Positions 32,110 through 44,585 of a stretch of 64,000 bases of DNA are shown piece by piece. Position 1 is the stretch's first letter; the number at the start of each line of letters is the position of its first letter. Source of the stretch: Macrostomum hystrix (lineage: Eukaryota; Animalia; Platyhelminthes). The stretch lies in NCBI GenBank assembly GCA_950097015.1, contig CATNEN010000002.1, positions 682,001 to 746,000 on the forward strand, in the 5' to 3' direction. The notes below the pieces were generated by a model. That model was not told where the DNA came from and made no database searches. It saw nothing but the letters and a program-made list of their open reading frames with translations. A program made the translations under genes and the position numbers.

Positions 32110-35100
32110 ATGCAATCATTCACCAACGAAGCCGCGATGCGCTGCGTCGAGGAGCTGCTGATGTCGTTGCACAATCCGATGGCGCGCGACTCTGCCCTGG
32201 CTGAGCTAAGCAAGCACCGCGACCTCATACCCGACCTGGCTTGTCTGCTGTGGCAGTCGTTCGGCTGCCTGGCCGTTCTTCTAGAAGAAATTGTCTCGGC
32301 TTATCAGTACCTGAGCGCTGGTGGACTTTCGGTAAGAAAGTTTTCTTTGTAGCGATTGTGAGCCTACCCGATATGTTTAGAAAAAGATGAATGCAAATAA
32401 GTTAAAAAACAGCTAAATTTTAGGGAGAGAATGCAGGAAAAAAGAAAGTTAAATAAAAAAGAGGGTAATTGGCGACCCAAAGCTCCTTAGTGTCTTATCC
32501 CTAATGCCTTATCCCATGTGCATCATCCCGAGTGTCTTATCCCTAATGCCTTATCCCATGTGCCTCATCCCGAGTGTCTTATCCCTAATGCCTTATCCCA
32601 TGTGCCTCATCCCGAGTGTCTTATCCCTAATGCCTTATCCCATGTGTCTGATCCCGAGTGTCTTATCCCTAATGCCTTATCCCATGTGTCTCATCCCGAG
32701 TGTCTTATCCCTAATGCCTTATCCCATGTGCCTCATCCCGAGTGTCTTATCCCTAATGCCTTATCCCATGTGTCTCATCCCGAGTGTCTTATCCCTAATG
32801 TCTTATCCCATGTGCCTCATCCCGAGTGTCTTATCCCTAATGCCTTATCCCATGTGCCTCATCCCGAGTGTCTTATCCCTAATGCCTTATCCCATGTGCC
32901 TCATCCCGAGTGTCTTATCCCTAATGCCTTATCTCATGTGTCTGATCCCGAGTGTCTTATCCCTAATGCCTTATCCCATGTGCCTCATCCCGAGTGTCTT
33001 ATCCCTAATGCCTTATCTCATGTGTCTCATCCCGAGTGTCTTATCCCTAATGCCTTATCCCATGTGTCTGATCCCGAGTGTCTTATCCCTAATGCCTTAT
33101 CCCATGTGTCTGATCCCGAGTGTCTTATCCCTAATGCCTTATCTCATGTGTCTGATCCCGAGTGTCTTATCCCTAATGCCTTATCCCATGTGCATCATCC
33201 CGAGTGTCTTATCCCTAATGCCTTATCCCATGTGCCTCATCCCGAGTGTCTTATCCCTAATGCCTTATCCCATGTGCCTCATCCCGAGTGTCTTATCCCT
33301 AATGCCTTATCCCATGTGCCTCATCCCGAGTGTCTTATCCCTAATGCCTTATCCCATGTGTCTGATCCCGAGTGTCTTATCCCTAATGCCTTATCCCATG
33401 TGTCTCATCCCGAGTGTCTTATCCCTAATGCCTTATCCCATGTGCCTCATCCCGAGTGTCTTATCCCTAATGCCTTATCCCATGTGTCTCATCCCGAGTG
33501 TCTTATCCCTAATGCCTTATCTCATGTGTCTGATCCCGAGTGTCTTATCCCTAATGCCTTATCCCATGTGCCTCATCCCGAGTGTCTTATCCCTAATGCC
33601 TTATCTCATGTGTCTCATCCCGAGTGTCTTATCCCTAATGCCTTATCCCATGTGTCTGATCCCGAGTGTCTTATCCCTAATGCCTTATCCCATGTGTCTG
33701 ATCCCGAGTGTCTTATCCCTAATGCCTTATCTCATGTGTCTGATCCCGAGTGTCTTATCCCTAATGCCTTATCCCATGTGCATCATCCCGAGTGTCTTAT
33801 CCCTAATGCCTTATCCCATGTGCCTCATCCCGAGTGTCTTATCCCTAATGCCTTATCCCATGTGCCTCATCCCGAGTGTCTTATCCCTAATGCCTTATCC
33901 CATGTGCCTCATCCCGAGTGTCTTATCCCTAATGCCTTATCCCATGTGTCTGATCCCGAGTGTCTTATCCCTAATGCCTTATCCCATGTGTCTCATCCCG
34001 AGTGTCTTATCCCTAATGCCTTATCCCATGTGCCTCATCCCGAGTGTCTTATCCCTAATGCCTTATCCCATGTGTCTCATCCCGAGTGTCTTATCCCTAA
34101 TGCCTTATCCCATGTGTCTCATCCCGAGTGTCTTATCCCTAATGTCTTATCCCATTTGTCTCATCCCGAGTGTCTTATCCCTAATGCCTTATCCCATGTG
34201 TCTCATCCCGAGTGTCTTATCCCTAATGCCTTATCCCATGTGTCTCATCCCGAGTGTCTTATCCCTAATGCCTTATCCCATGTGTCTCATCCCGAGTGTC
34301 TTATCCCTAATGTCTTATCCCATGTGCCTCATCCCGAGTGTCTTATCCCTAATGTCTTATCCCATGTGCCTCATCCCGAGTGTCTTATCCCTAATGTCTT
34401 ATCCCATGTGCCTCATCCCGAGTGTCTTATCCCTAATGCCTTATCCCATGTGCCTCATCCCGAGTGTCTTATCCCTAATGCCTTATCCCATGTGCCTCAT
34501 CCCGAGTGTCTTATCCCTAATGCCTTATCCCATGTGCCTCATCCCGAGTGTCTTATCCCTAATGCCTTATCCCATGTGTCTCATCCCGAGTGTCTTATCC
34601 CTAATGCCTTATCCCATGTGTCTCATCCCGAGTGTCTTATCCCTAATGCCTTATCCCATGTGTCTGATCCCGAGTGTCTTATCCCTAATGCCTTATCCCA
34701 TGTGTCTCATCCCGAGTGTCTTATCCCTAATGCCTTATCCCATGTGTCTGATCCCGAGTGTCTGATCCCCAGTGTCTTATCCCTAATGCCTTATCTCATG
34801 TGTCTGATCCCGAGTGTCTGATCCCCAGTGTCTTATCCCTAATGCCTTATCCCATGTGTCTGATCCCGAGTGTCTTATCCCTAATGCCTTATCCCATGTG
34901 TCTCATCCCGAGTGTCTTATCCCTAATGCCTTATCCCATGTGTCTCATCCCCAGTGTCTTATCCCTAATGCCTTATACCATGTGCCTCATCCCGAGTGTC
35001 TTATCCCTAATGCCTTATCCCATGTGTCTCATCCCGAGTGTCTTATCCCTAATGCCTTATCCCATGTGTCTCATCCCCAGTGTCTTATCCCTAATGCCTT

Positions 35101-38100
35101 ATACCATGTGCCTGATCCCCAGTGTATTTTCCCCGATGTGTGATCCCTAATGTCTAATCCCTTGTTTCTATCTCCCAGGGTCGATCTGGCTAGTCTAGTT
35201 TTAAGGCCAGACATCCAGAAATGTGTCTGCAGACTGCAGTTAATAACACAATCTATTTTGTGTCCAGCACTTTCATAAGCAAGCTATTTCAAATTAAAAA
35301 TCACTAACTCGTATTTCCACTAGTTTTCCCATCTTCAGTTCTTACGAGTATTTGATTTCCTCGCTTGTCCTTCTTGTATTTCCCCATCCTTCCCATCTCT
35401 CTTCCTCACCCTAGTCTTCGAACCCTAGTCCTGTCTAGGCGAGCCTTGTCTTTAATTAAAGCCTGGACCTACTCGGCCTACCGCTTGTGAGCGCGTTTCC
35501 TGTGTCCTGAGCTTAGAAACAGAATATGCCCATGTCTAGGCAGGCAGGACACGTCTCTAGCCCTGTGTCCTCATTAGTTTCTCCACCTTTCACTAGGCCG
35601 AGCCTCAGATTGTCATTAACTTTCTAAACATGCCGTTTGCAATCTCCTAGGCTATGCTTAATTGCTGTCTACTTTGTGTCTACCGGGTATGTAGCTTGTA
35701 ACTTTTTATTACCTATGCCCCTTTGAACTAAAGTTTGTCAGCGTCTCATTGTGCCTTGTTCAAATTTATCGATTTTTTTCTGATTGCGCGAGCGTTGATT
35801 ACTTTTCCATTGTCTAACTCTTTATTTGTACCATCGCACCACCTTTCCGCCCTCTACTCTCCTCATCCGCCCACTACTCTCCTCATCCGCCCTCTAACCT
35901 CCTCATACGCCCTCTAACCTCCTCATACGCCCTCTACCCTCCTCATACGCCCTCTAACCTCCTCATACGCCCTCTACCCTCCTCATACGCCCTCTAACCT
36001 CCTCATACGCCCTCTAACATCCTCATACGCCCTCTAACATCCCCATACGCCCTCTACCCTCCTCATACGCCCTCTACCCTCCTCATACGCCCTCTACCCT
36101 CCTCATACGCCCTCTACCCTCCTCATCCGCCCTCTACCCTCCTCATCCGCCCTCTACCCTCCTCATCCGCCCTCTACCCTCCTCATCCGCCCTCTACCCT
36201 CCTCATACGCCCTCTAACCTCCTCATACGCCCTCTAACCTCCTCATACGCCCTCTACCCTCCTCATACGCCCTCTAACCTCCTCATACGCCCTCTACCCT
36301 CCTCATACGCCCTCTACCCTCCTCATCCGCCCACTACTCTCCTCATCCGACCTTTACCCTCCTCATCCTCATTCAATCTGCATTGATCCTCATTCAATCT
36401 GCATTGATCCCTATTCAATCTGCGTTGATCCCCATTCAATCTGCATTGATCCTCATTCAATCTGCATTGATCCCCATTCAATCTGCATTGATCCCTATTC
36501 AATCTGCATTGATCCTCATTCAATCTGCATTGATCCCCATTCAATCTGCATTGATCCCTATTCAATCTGCATTGATCCCCATTCAATCTGCATTGATCAC
36601 CATTCAATCTGCATTGATCCCTATTCAATCTGCATTGATCCCTATTCAATCTGCATTGATCCCCATTCAATCTGCATTGATCCCTATTCAATCTGCATTG
36701 ATCCCTATTCAATCTGCATTGATCCCTATTCAATCTGCATTGATCCCCATTCAATCTGCATTGATCCCCATTCAATCTGCATTTATCCCCATGCAGGTGC
36801 AGCTGTCCAATCGTGTCTGCAATGCCATGGCCCTCCTGCAGTGCATGGCCAGCCATCCGGTTACCCGTCGCACCGTGCTGGATCTGCACCTGGTGCACTA
36901 CCTTTTCCCATTCTTACCTGGCCAGCAGCAGCAAACTGTTGATCCTCGGCCGGCCGAGTTTCTCCGCCTGACCGCCCTCGGCGTCATCGGCGCCCTGGTG
37001 AAATCTGAAGATCCCAACGCGGTCGAGTGCCTCCTGCGCACCGAGCAGCTGGTGCCGCTCTGCCTGCGGGTGATGGACTGCGGCAGCGAACTCAGCCGCA
37101 CCGTGGCCACCTTCGTGGTGCAAAAACTGCTCCAAGACCCCGCCGGCTTGGCCTACGTGTGCAACACCTATCAGCGATTCGAACAGGTGGCCGCCGGCCT
37201 GGCCAGCGTTCTAGCCTACCTGCGCGTCAATCCTAGCGCCAGGCTGTTAAAACACGTTGTTAGATGCTACGTATTGTTGACGGAGAATTTCAGGTGAGCA
37301 CAAAACTTGGCCGATATGTATCGAAAAAAAGCAAAAATTCTAATTTTTTATGAAATATTTTTTAATTTTCTCAAACTTAATTATTTAACCTAGTATCTAA
37401 TGTTTTCTGTGCCCGAAAAAACAGGTTTTTAGGACAACGTCATAAGTAAAAATTGTAAAAAAAGTTGGCCGATATGTATACAAAATGTTTGAGAAGTGAT
37501 TATCACTGATCCTCAGTTTGAGGATTTATTATTCGAGATCCCAATTTTGAGCAGTGATTATCTCAGTTATGGTCCCAGATCCTCAGTTTGAGCAGTTATT
37601 GTCAAAGATCCTCAGTTTGAGCAGTTATTATCGCAGATCCTCAGTTTAAGCAGTTATTATTCCACATCCTCCGTTTGAGCAGTTATTATCCCAGATCCTC
37701 AGTTTAAGCAGTTATTATTCCACATCCTCCGTTTGAGCAGTTATTATCCCAGATCCTCAGTTTAAGCAGTTATTATTCCACATCCTCCGTTTGAGCAGTT
37801 ATTATCCCAGATCCTCAGTTTAAGCAGTTATTATTCCACATCCTCCGTTTGAGCAGTTATTATCCCAGATCCTCAGTTTAAGCAGTTATTATCCCAGATC
37901 CTCAGTTTGAGCAGTTATTATCCCAGATCCTCAGTTTAAGCAGTTATTATCCCAGATCCTCAGTTTGAGCAGCTATTATCCCAGATCCTCAGTTTGAGCA
38001 GTCCTCCTCCATCCTCCATGCTCAGAGCCCGCCAAGCCCTGAGCCTCTACCTGCCACAGGAGCTGAAGGATGACGCCCTGTTGTGCCGCATGCAGCTGCA

Positions 38101-38230
38101 GCAGCGGGATCGCAAGACCCTGCTGGGCGTGCTGCATCTCCGACGTCTCGCCGAGCGCGTTGAACAATCCTGGCCTCCGGTGCCACTTCGCCCTGGCACC
38201 GCCGCGGCTGCACCAACTCACGCCTGCTGA
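32110..38230 (+). CDS. CNOT9: CCR4-NOT subunit 9 / RCD1 (CAF40) family, divergent, 307 aa
   Basis: Exons 32110-32331, 36797-37293, 38026-38230, GT/AG and in frame (924 nt). Hallmarks: [67 protein letters not shown]. Confidence 0.92.
32487..35150. repeat. 42-bp minisatellite (GAGTGTCTTATCCCTAATGCCTTATCCCATGTGTCTCATCCC) in CNOT9 intron 1
   Basis: About 63 units. Stop-free in two frames, giving the artefactual 753 aa and 767 aa ORFs. Confidence 0.96.
35860..36790. repeat. Two adjacent minisatellites: 20 bp (CCTCCTCATACGCCCTCTAA, to about 36345) and 21 bp (ATTCAATCTGCATTGATCCCC, 36368-36790)
   Basis: The second array runs directly into the CNOT9 exon 2 acceptor at 36796. Confidence 0.93.
37505..38001. 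repeat. 29-bp minisatellite (CAGATCCTCAGTTTAAGCAGTTATTATCC) in CNOT9 intron 2
   Basis: About 17 units, with two alternating variants. Confidence 0.9.
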
Positions 38231-38399
38231 GTAGTCAGGGCTGCGCTCCGTTGAGAAGGATTTGTACTGAGATCTGTTCAACCTGTGCCATGCCTTGTGC
38301 AATGCAACTGGCTGATTGCCTGAAACTGACTTCCACTATTTTGATCACATCGTTGCAGTCCGAATCTCGACCGACTCGACCCCTCTACATATTCCCTTG

Positions 38400-39050
38400 T
38401 TATTCCTCCCCTCTGACTCTTCCCCTGTGATTCCTCCCCTCTGACTCTTCCCCTGTGATTCCTCCCCTCTGACTCTTCCCCTGTGATTATTCCCCTCTGA
38501 CTCTCCCCCTGTGATTCCTCCCCTCTGACTCTTCCCCTGTGATTCCTCCCCTCTGACACTTCCCCTGTGATTCCTCCCCTCTGACTCTTCCCCTGTGATT
38601 CCTCCCCTCTGACTCTTCCCCTGTGATTCCTCCCCTCTGACTCTTCCCCTGTGATTCTTCCCCTCTGACACTTCCCCTGTTATTCTTCCCCTCTGACTCT
38701 TCCCCTGTTATTCATCCCCCCTGACTCTTCCCCTGTGATTCCTCCCCCCTCACTCTTCCCCTGTGATTCCTCCCCTCTGACACTTCCCCTGTGATTCCCC
38801 CCTCTGACTCTCCCCCTGTGATTCCTCCCCCCTCACTCTTCCCCTGTGATTCCTCCCCTCTGACTCTTCCCCTGTGATTCCTCCCCTCTGACTCTTCCCC
38901 TGTGATTCCTCCCCTCTGACACTTCCCCTGTGATTATTCCCCTCTGACTCTTCCCCTGTGATTCCTCCCCTCTGACTCTTCCCCTGTGATTATTCCCCTC
39001 TGACTCTCCCCCTGTGATTCCTCCCCTCTGACTCTTCCCTGTGATTCCCC
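38400..39050. repeat. 28-bp minisatellite (CCCCTGTGATTCCTCCCCTCTGACTCTT)
   Basis: About 23 units. Confidence 0.92.
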
Positions 39051-39724
39051 CTCGAGTTCTACCTCTCTCACTCTCCCATTCTGACTCTCACATCAGATTC
39101 TATTCCTCTGTATTAGTCCATTGTACAGCAATCATCCATCTGAGTTAAAATCCTGTTTGCCGAAAGTGCTACCAGATTTTTTAAACTTTTTTCAATACTA
39201 CTTTATCTAAAAGTTGCGAGAATTTTTTCAGCAGATAAAAGATGGCGTCCTTGGTGACATTTTTATAATTACTTTCTTATGCAGGATGTTCTAGTTTCTA
39301 CCTTTCTAAAATGCAAGAAACATTTTTATCATATTTTTTCGCTGTCAGTAATGTTAACCAAATTATCAAAAGTTATTTCTTGATGTAAAAGTCGTCTTTC
39401 TATAAATTTACTTAGTTTTTATAATTGACAACCAGTTTGCATTGCCACTGACAGCCATTCGCGATTTTCTCACCTACGAGTATAATTTATTTAACAAAAC
39501 GGTGTCGGGTCAGTTTTTTACATTGGCGCACTAAATCTATTGGTGTTTCTTGTATAAGCTCTGTTTGTATCATTTATTTTTAAGTACATTTTCTAAGCAG
39601 TGCGACAGTCGCTTTATTGTTGCGAACGCATATTTTGGACTAAAGAAATAACTTTTAAATATGTGCTTCACTTTGTGACCATTTGCTTATTTCATCTCCC
39701 TTTACAACATCCCGCCTTTTCCTT

Positions 39725-41235
39725 GACCCCCCTGATCCCTTAGCTAGCCTGATCCCCTGATCCCTTAGCTAGCCTGATCCATTGATCCTTCAGCTAGCCT
39801 GATCCATTGATCCTTCAGCTAGCCTGACCCCCTGATCCCTTAGCTAGCCTGATCCATTGATCCTTCAGCTAGCCTGATCCATTGATCCTTCAGCTAGCCT
39901 GATCCATTGATCCTTCAGCTAGCCTGATCCATTGATCCTTCAGCTAGCCTGATCCATTGATCCCTCAGCTAGCCTGATCCCCTGATCCCTCAGCTAGCCT
40001 GATCCATTGATCCTTCAGCTAGCCTGATCCCCTGATCCTTCAGCTAGCCTGATCCCCTAAACCTTCAGCTAGCCTGATCCCCTGATCCCTCAGCTAGCCT
40101 GATCCCCTGACCCTTCAGCTAGCCTGACCCCCTGATCCCCTGATCATTCAGCTAGCCTGATCCCCTGATCCCTTAGCTAGCCTGATCCCCTGATCATTCA
40201 GCTAGCCTGATCCCCTGATCCCTTAGCTAGCCTGATCCCCTGATCATTCAGCTAGCCTGATCCCCTGATCCCTCAGCTAGCCTGATCCCCTGACCCTTCA
40301 GCTAGCCTGACCCCCTGATCCCTCAGCTAGCCTGATCCATTGATCCTTCAGCTAGCCTGATCCCCTGATCCTTCAGCTACCCTGATCCCCTGATCCTTCA
40401 GCTACCCTGATCCCCTGATCCCTCAGCTAGCCTGATCCATTGATCCTTCAGCTAGCCTGATCCTCTAAACCTTCAGCTAGCCTGATCCCCTGATCCCTCA
40501 GCTAGCCTGATCCCCTGATCCCTCAGCTAGCCTGATCCATTGATCCTTCAGCTAGCCTGATCCTCTAAACCTTCAGCTAGCCTGATCCCCTGATCCCTCA
40601 GCTAGCCTGATCCCTCAGCTAGCCTGATCCCCTGATCCCTCAGCTAGCCTGATCCATTGATCCTTCAGCTAGCCTGATCCTCTAAACCTTCAGCTAGCCT
40701 GATCCCCTGATCCCTCAGCTAGCCTGATCCCCTGATCCCTCAGCTAGCCTGATCCCCTGATCCCTCAGCTAGCCTGATCCATTGATCCTTCAGCTAGCCT
40801 GATCCCCTGATCCCTCAGCTAGCCTGATCCCCTGATCCCTCTGAACGCATATTTTGGACTAAAGAAATAACTTTTAAATATGTGCTTCACTTTGTAACCA
40901 TTTGCTTATTTCATCTCCCTTTACAACATCCCGCCTTTTCCTTGACCCCCCTGATCCCTTAGCTAGCCTGATCCCCTGATCCTTCAGCTAGCCTGATCCC
41001 CTGATCCCTTAGCTAGCCTGATCCATTGATCCTTCAGCTAGCCTGATCCCCTGATCCGTCAGCTAGCCTGATCCATTGATCCCTTAGCTAGCCTGATCCA
41101 TTGATCCTTCAGCTAGCCTGATCCCCTAAACCTTCAGCTAGCCTGACCCCCTGATCCTTCAGCTAGCCTGATCCCCTGATCCTTCAGCTAGCCTGATCCC
41201 CTGATCCTTCAGCTAGCCTGATCGCAGCTAGCCTA
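39725..41235. repeat. 25-bp minisatellite (GATCCTTCAGCTAGCCTGATCCCCT), interrupted by a duplicated unique flank at about 40843-40945
   Basis: Tandem units. The unique segment beginning GAACGCATATTTTGGAC occurs at both 39624 and 40843. Confidence 0.92.
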
Positions 41236-41262
41236 GCCATCGGTTCATCAACGCCTCCACTG

Positions 41263-41730
41263 TCAGCCAGGACTGACCAGCTGCACCGGCACGCTGACGT
41301 GCTTCAGCAGAAACTCGGCCACACGGCCAACTCCTGCGGGCCTCTGTCCCGGCCGGTAGCTGCGGCCCCTGGCGCTCATGAGCACCTCGTCAACCTGATG
41401 ATTGTTGACGTAATTGACTAGGCAGACTTTCACATCGGTGCCCACCAGCTCGGTGAACCGGTAATTTGACAGGTGAACCTCTCGAGCTCGCTCGAACACC
41501 GCGTCGCGCACTTTCTTGGCTAGCTTCTCCTCGTCAGGAATGCTGCAGCCGTGGCTGTGCTGCAGGACGTGCACGAACATGACATTGTCGCGGGGTTGAC
41601 GAGCATTGTCCAGGTACCAGTTGAACACTCGGGCGTCGTACGGTCCGCCGTCCACTGGGATTAGGACGAATCTGGCTGAGTCCGCTGGTTGGGACTCTGC
41701 GGTGACTGCGGCTGCGGCTGATGATGACAT
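41263..41730 (-). CDS. Universal stress protein (USP) family, intronless, 155 aa
   Basis: FVLIPVDG...VFNWYLDN...DNVMFVHV at the N-terminus and VDEVLMSARG...GRVAEFLLKHVSVPVQLV at the C-terminus match the UspA fold. ATG to stop is intact. Confidence 0.85.
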   Translation of the reverse strand: MSSSAAAAVTAESQPADSARFVLIPVDGGPYDARVFNWYLDNARQPRDNVMFVHVLQHSHGCSIPDEEKLAKKVRDAVFERAREVHLSNYRFTELVGTDVKVCLVNYVNNHQVDEVLMSARGRSYRPGQRPAGVGRVAEFLLKHVSVPVQLVSPG

Positions 41731-41913
41731 TGTGGAGCTTGGCTAGTTTTTTGGTTGCTTCACCTTTAATGTTGATTTCAAGAAAACTTATCACTTTCAT
41801 AATAATAGCAGGAGGGCTGCGGGCAATGGCACGTCATTTGGTGACACTAGACCCGCAGCCAGCGAGGAGGCAATTCTGCCTATTTCGTTATCTCCTGAGC
41901 ACACACGCACTCA

Positions 41914-42116
41914 GATACCGTGCGTAGGCACTCGCTCACACTTTCTCATCGTCAGGCAGTGTACCCTTGGAGGTTGGCCCTAAGGGCGTAAATTGCTCTA
42001 AAAGTCCCCCAAGCCTTCTCTCCTCGGCTGCGCCCCTAAATGAATGTGGCCTCGCCGCGGAATCGAGCTCAGGGACCTTGTTGCGAGAGGCAAACGCGGT
42101 AACCGCTCTGCCACTC
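41914..42116 (-). mobile_element. tRNA-derived SINE family B, copy 2
   Basis: Reverse-complement head GTGGCAGAGCGGTTACCGCG...GGTCCCTGAGCTCGATTCC (A/B boxes), with a body shared with 20555-20790. Confidence 0.7.
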
Positions 42117-43017
42117 AACCCAAAAACCTTACTCCAGTTTGAGCAACTTTTTTACTTGAAGCAAATTATGTTCACATTCACTGCACTCTCTTTACATCAA
42201 TGTCTACAACATTTTACTGTTGTGTACAAGGATGTCCTTGCATGGTAGTGCTGCTATGTTAAGGTCTATACATGCATCGTACAGTACATGTACAGAAAGT
42301 GTGCGTGTTGTGTATGTGCAAGTGAGACCTAGTTGAACAGAAGTGGTAAACTAAACAGTTCTAACGTTTAATCAATAATTTTTATATCCACGATTTTCGG
42401 CACAAATAAGTTTGTATAGATTTCTGTTCAGCCAAATTGTTCAAAAATCGAACTCCCAACCTTTGATACAGATGCTAATTTGTTAATTATTGTAGAACTG
42501 TATGAAATAAACTTACCGTTTATTATTTAATTAAATTTACTAATATACAAGTTGTAGATTAATTTTTAGCTTGTGAATTCTCGTACTTATAAAATAATTT
42601 TCTACATTTGTCCGGAATGCAGACTTCACATACCAATATATATATATATACATAGTGCAATGCGCGCAATCTATTGGGCAGAGCAGCAAGCAATGGACAC
42701 GGAGGAATGGATTGAGGAAAAAGGGGAAGAAAACGAAGAAGAGGAGGAGACAGTGTTAGGGATGTGAAAACCGACCAGTGCCTGTGCCCTGTAACGTGTG
42801 CGGCTATAGCGTCTCGTCCCACACGCGCGCTCACACTGATCTATATAAGAATATGATTTTGGAGATTTCGCGAAAATTCCTTCGACCAGTTTTGAGTGGG
42901 AAGTTTTTGTACCACATCGAAGGTTGTCCTATACTTTCCAAATTTATTGACGGTCATTTATCCCGCAGTCAATGTACCCATCACAGTTATCAGTTCTCTC
43001 TATTGCATGATTCCTCG

Positions 43018-43412
43018 GGATGACCACTTCGATGCTACTCCATGATTCTCCACAATGACCACTTGTTTCTACTCCATGATTCTTCACAATGACCACTTGT
43101 TTCTACTCGATGATTCTTCACAATGACCACTTGTCTCTACTCCATGATTCTCCACAATGACTACTTGTCTCTACTCCATGATTCTCCACAATGACCACTT
43201 GTTTCTACTCCATGATTCTTCACAATGACCACTTGTTTCTACTCGATGATTCTTCACAATGACCACTTGTTTCTACTCCATGATTCTTCACAATGACCAC
43301 TTGTTTCTACTCCATGATTCTCAACAATGACCACTTGTCTCTACTCCATGATTCTTCACAATGACTACTTGTCTCTACTCCATGATTCTTCACAATGACT
43401 ACTTTTCTCTAC
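43018..43412. repeat. 34-bp minisatellite (ATGACCACTTGTTTCTACTCCATGATTCTTCACA)
   Basis: About 11 units. The reverse complement is 28/34 identical to the unit at 46895-47906. Confidence 0.92.
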
Positions 43413-43679
43413 TGCCACAAAAATCACGTTTCTAAATTTTAACAAGTTTTCACTCCTAGTCTTACGTCTCCATGCAAGTTTCGTTTGGTGAAAAATCAGT
43501 ATATTGTAAAAATGGCTAAAAATAAATGTGTCTGAATCAGACTTTTTGCGTGTTTTGATACTTTGTTTGCTATAAAAATACTTGCTAACTTTTCAAATGC
43601 TCATTCACAAAATTTACTTCTATAAATTATACTAAGAGATTCCAGATCTTAATTTTGAGCCCGTTGGGTCAACTGATTT

Positions 43680-44585
43680 TGAAACCTACACGACCGAGCT
43701 CGAGTGCCGCCAGTGTGCTGAGTGAGTTCGTGCAGATCCGGACTTGGGAGAGCGCAGCACGTGCCCGGACCGAGAGCACACAGGGCAGGGCCTCAGCTAT
43801 CGCCATGAGCTCCGCGTGGAGGCTGGAGGTCATGCAGCCGGCTTAGCTCGGTATCAGGCTCGACAAGGATGCCGCTGACACCGTCTTGGACGCCATCTTT
43901 TGCGGCCCGTCTGTCCAGATGATCGTTCAGGCCGGTGAAAGCACAGCGAGCGTTTCTTCGCGCCAGCCCCGCGCGCCCTGGAGCCGGCGGCGGGGCACGT
44001 CGCTATTAGCACAGTCGCGCAGTGGGTTTTCTGGAGGCTGCCGGGCGGCGCTCTGGTAGAGTAGACTGGCGTGCATCTCCGCGCGCAGTGTCATCGGCGG
44101 CAGCCCGGCCTCATGCCCCAGGACCGTTCTTTCGTCAACGATCCATATTGTTCCTCCAGCCAGGCAGTCAAGGGCAGCTTCGGTCGGGAGCGGAAGCTGG
44201 CCCAGTCCGCCTTCGCCCAGGCTTGACATGCGGCGCCTGCTCGTTTTGCTACGCAGCGGCTGTAATGAATGGTGAGGAGACTCGTCAGGCGGTCGCAGAC
44301 AAGATCCTCCTTCTTGTGAGTTGTGGCAAATGCAAATTCTGACTTCGGGGCTGTCTGACGCGCACCGGCGCGGCGCGGCATGTGCGCAGACAACTGACCA
44401 CTCGAAGACCGCCGTACCCTTGTCTGTCTCATCCGCATCGGAGTCCCAGGCCGGGTGGTGCGCATTAAAGGCACCCAAAATGATCGCGTTGGCGCCAGAC
44501 GGAAGAAGTTGGGGGTTGAACCGTTGTGGGTGGTCGTCGCCCTCCGCATTTCTGATCGGTGGTACGTAGAGCCAGCTGATCTTCT
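43680..44585 (-). mobile_element. Degraded RNase H-bearing non-LTR retrotransposon remnant (APE endonuclease + RNase H, RT missing)
   Basis: APE-like YVPP...IILGAFNAHHPAWD and WAKADWASF (44200-44585). RNase H-like TIIWTDG (~43900-43925) and AELMAIAEAL...VRICTNSLSTLAAL (~43690-43820). Contains frameshifts and stops. Confidence 0.75.

Noticed and set aside
32504-34821. 753-aa and 767-aa ORFs
   Set aside because: Pure 14-aa periodic translations of a 42-bp minisatellite inside CNOT9 intron 1.
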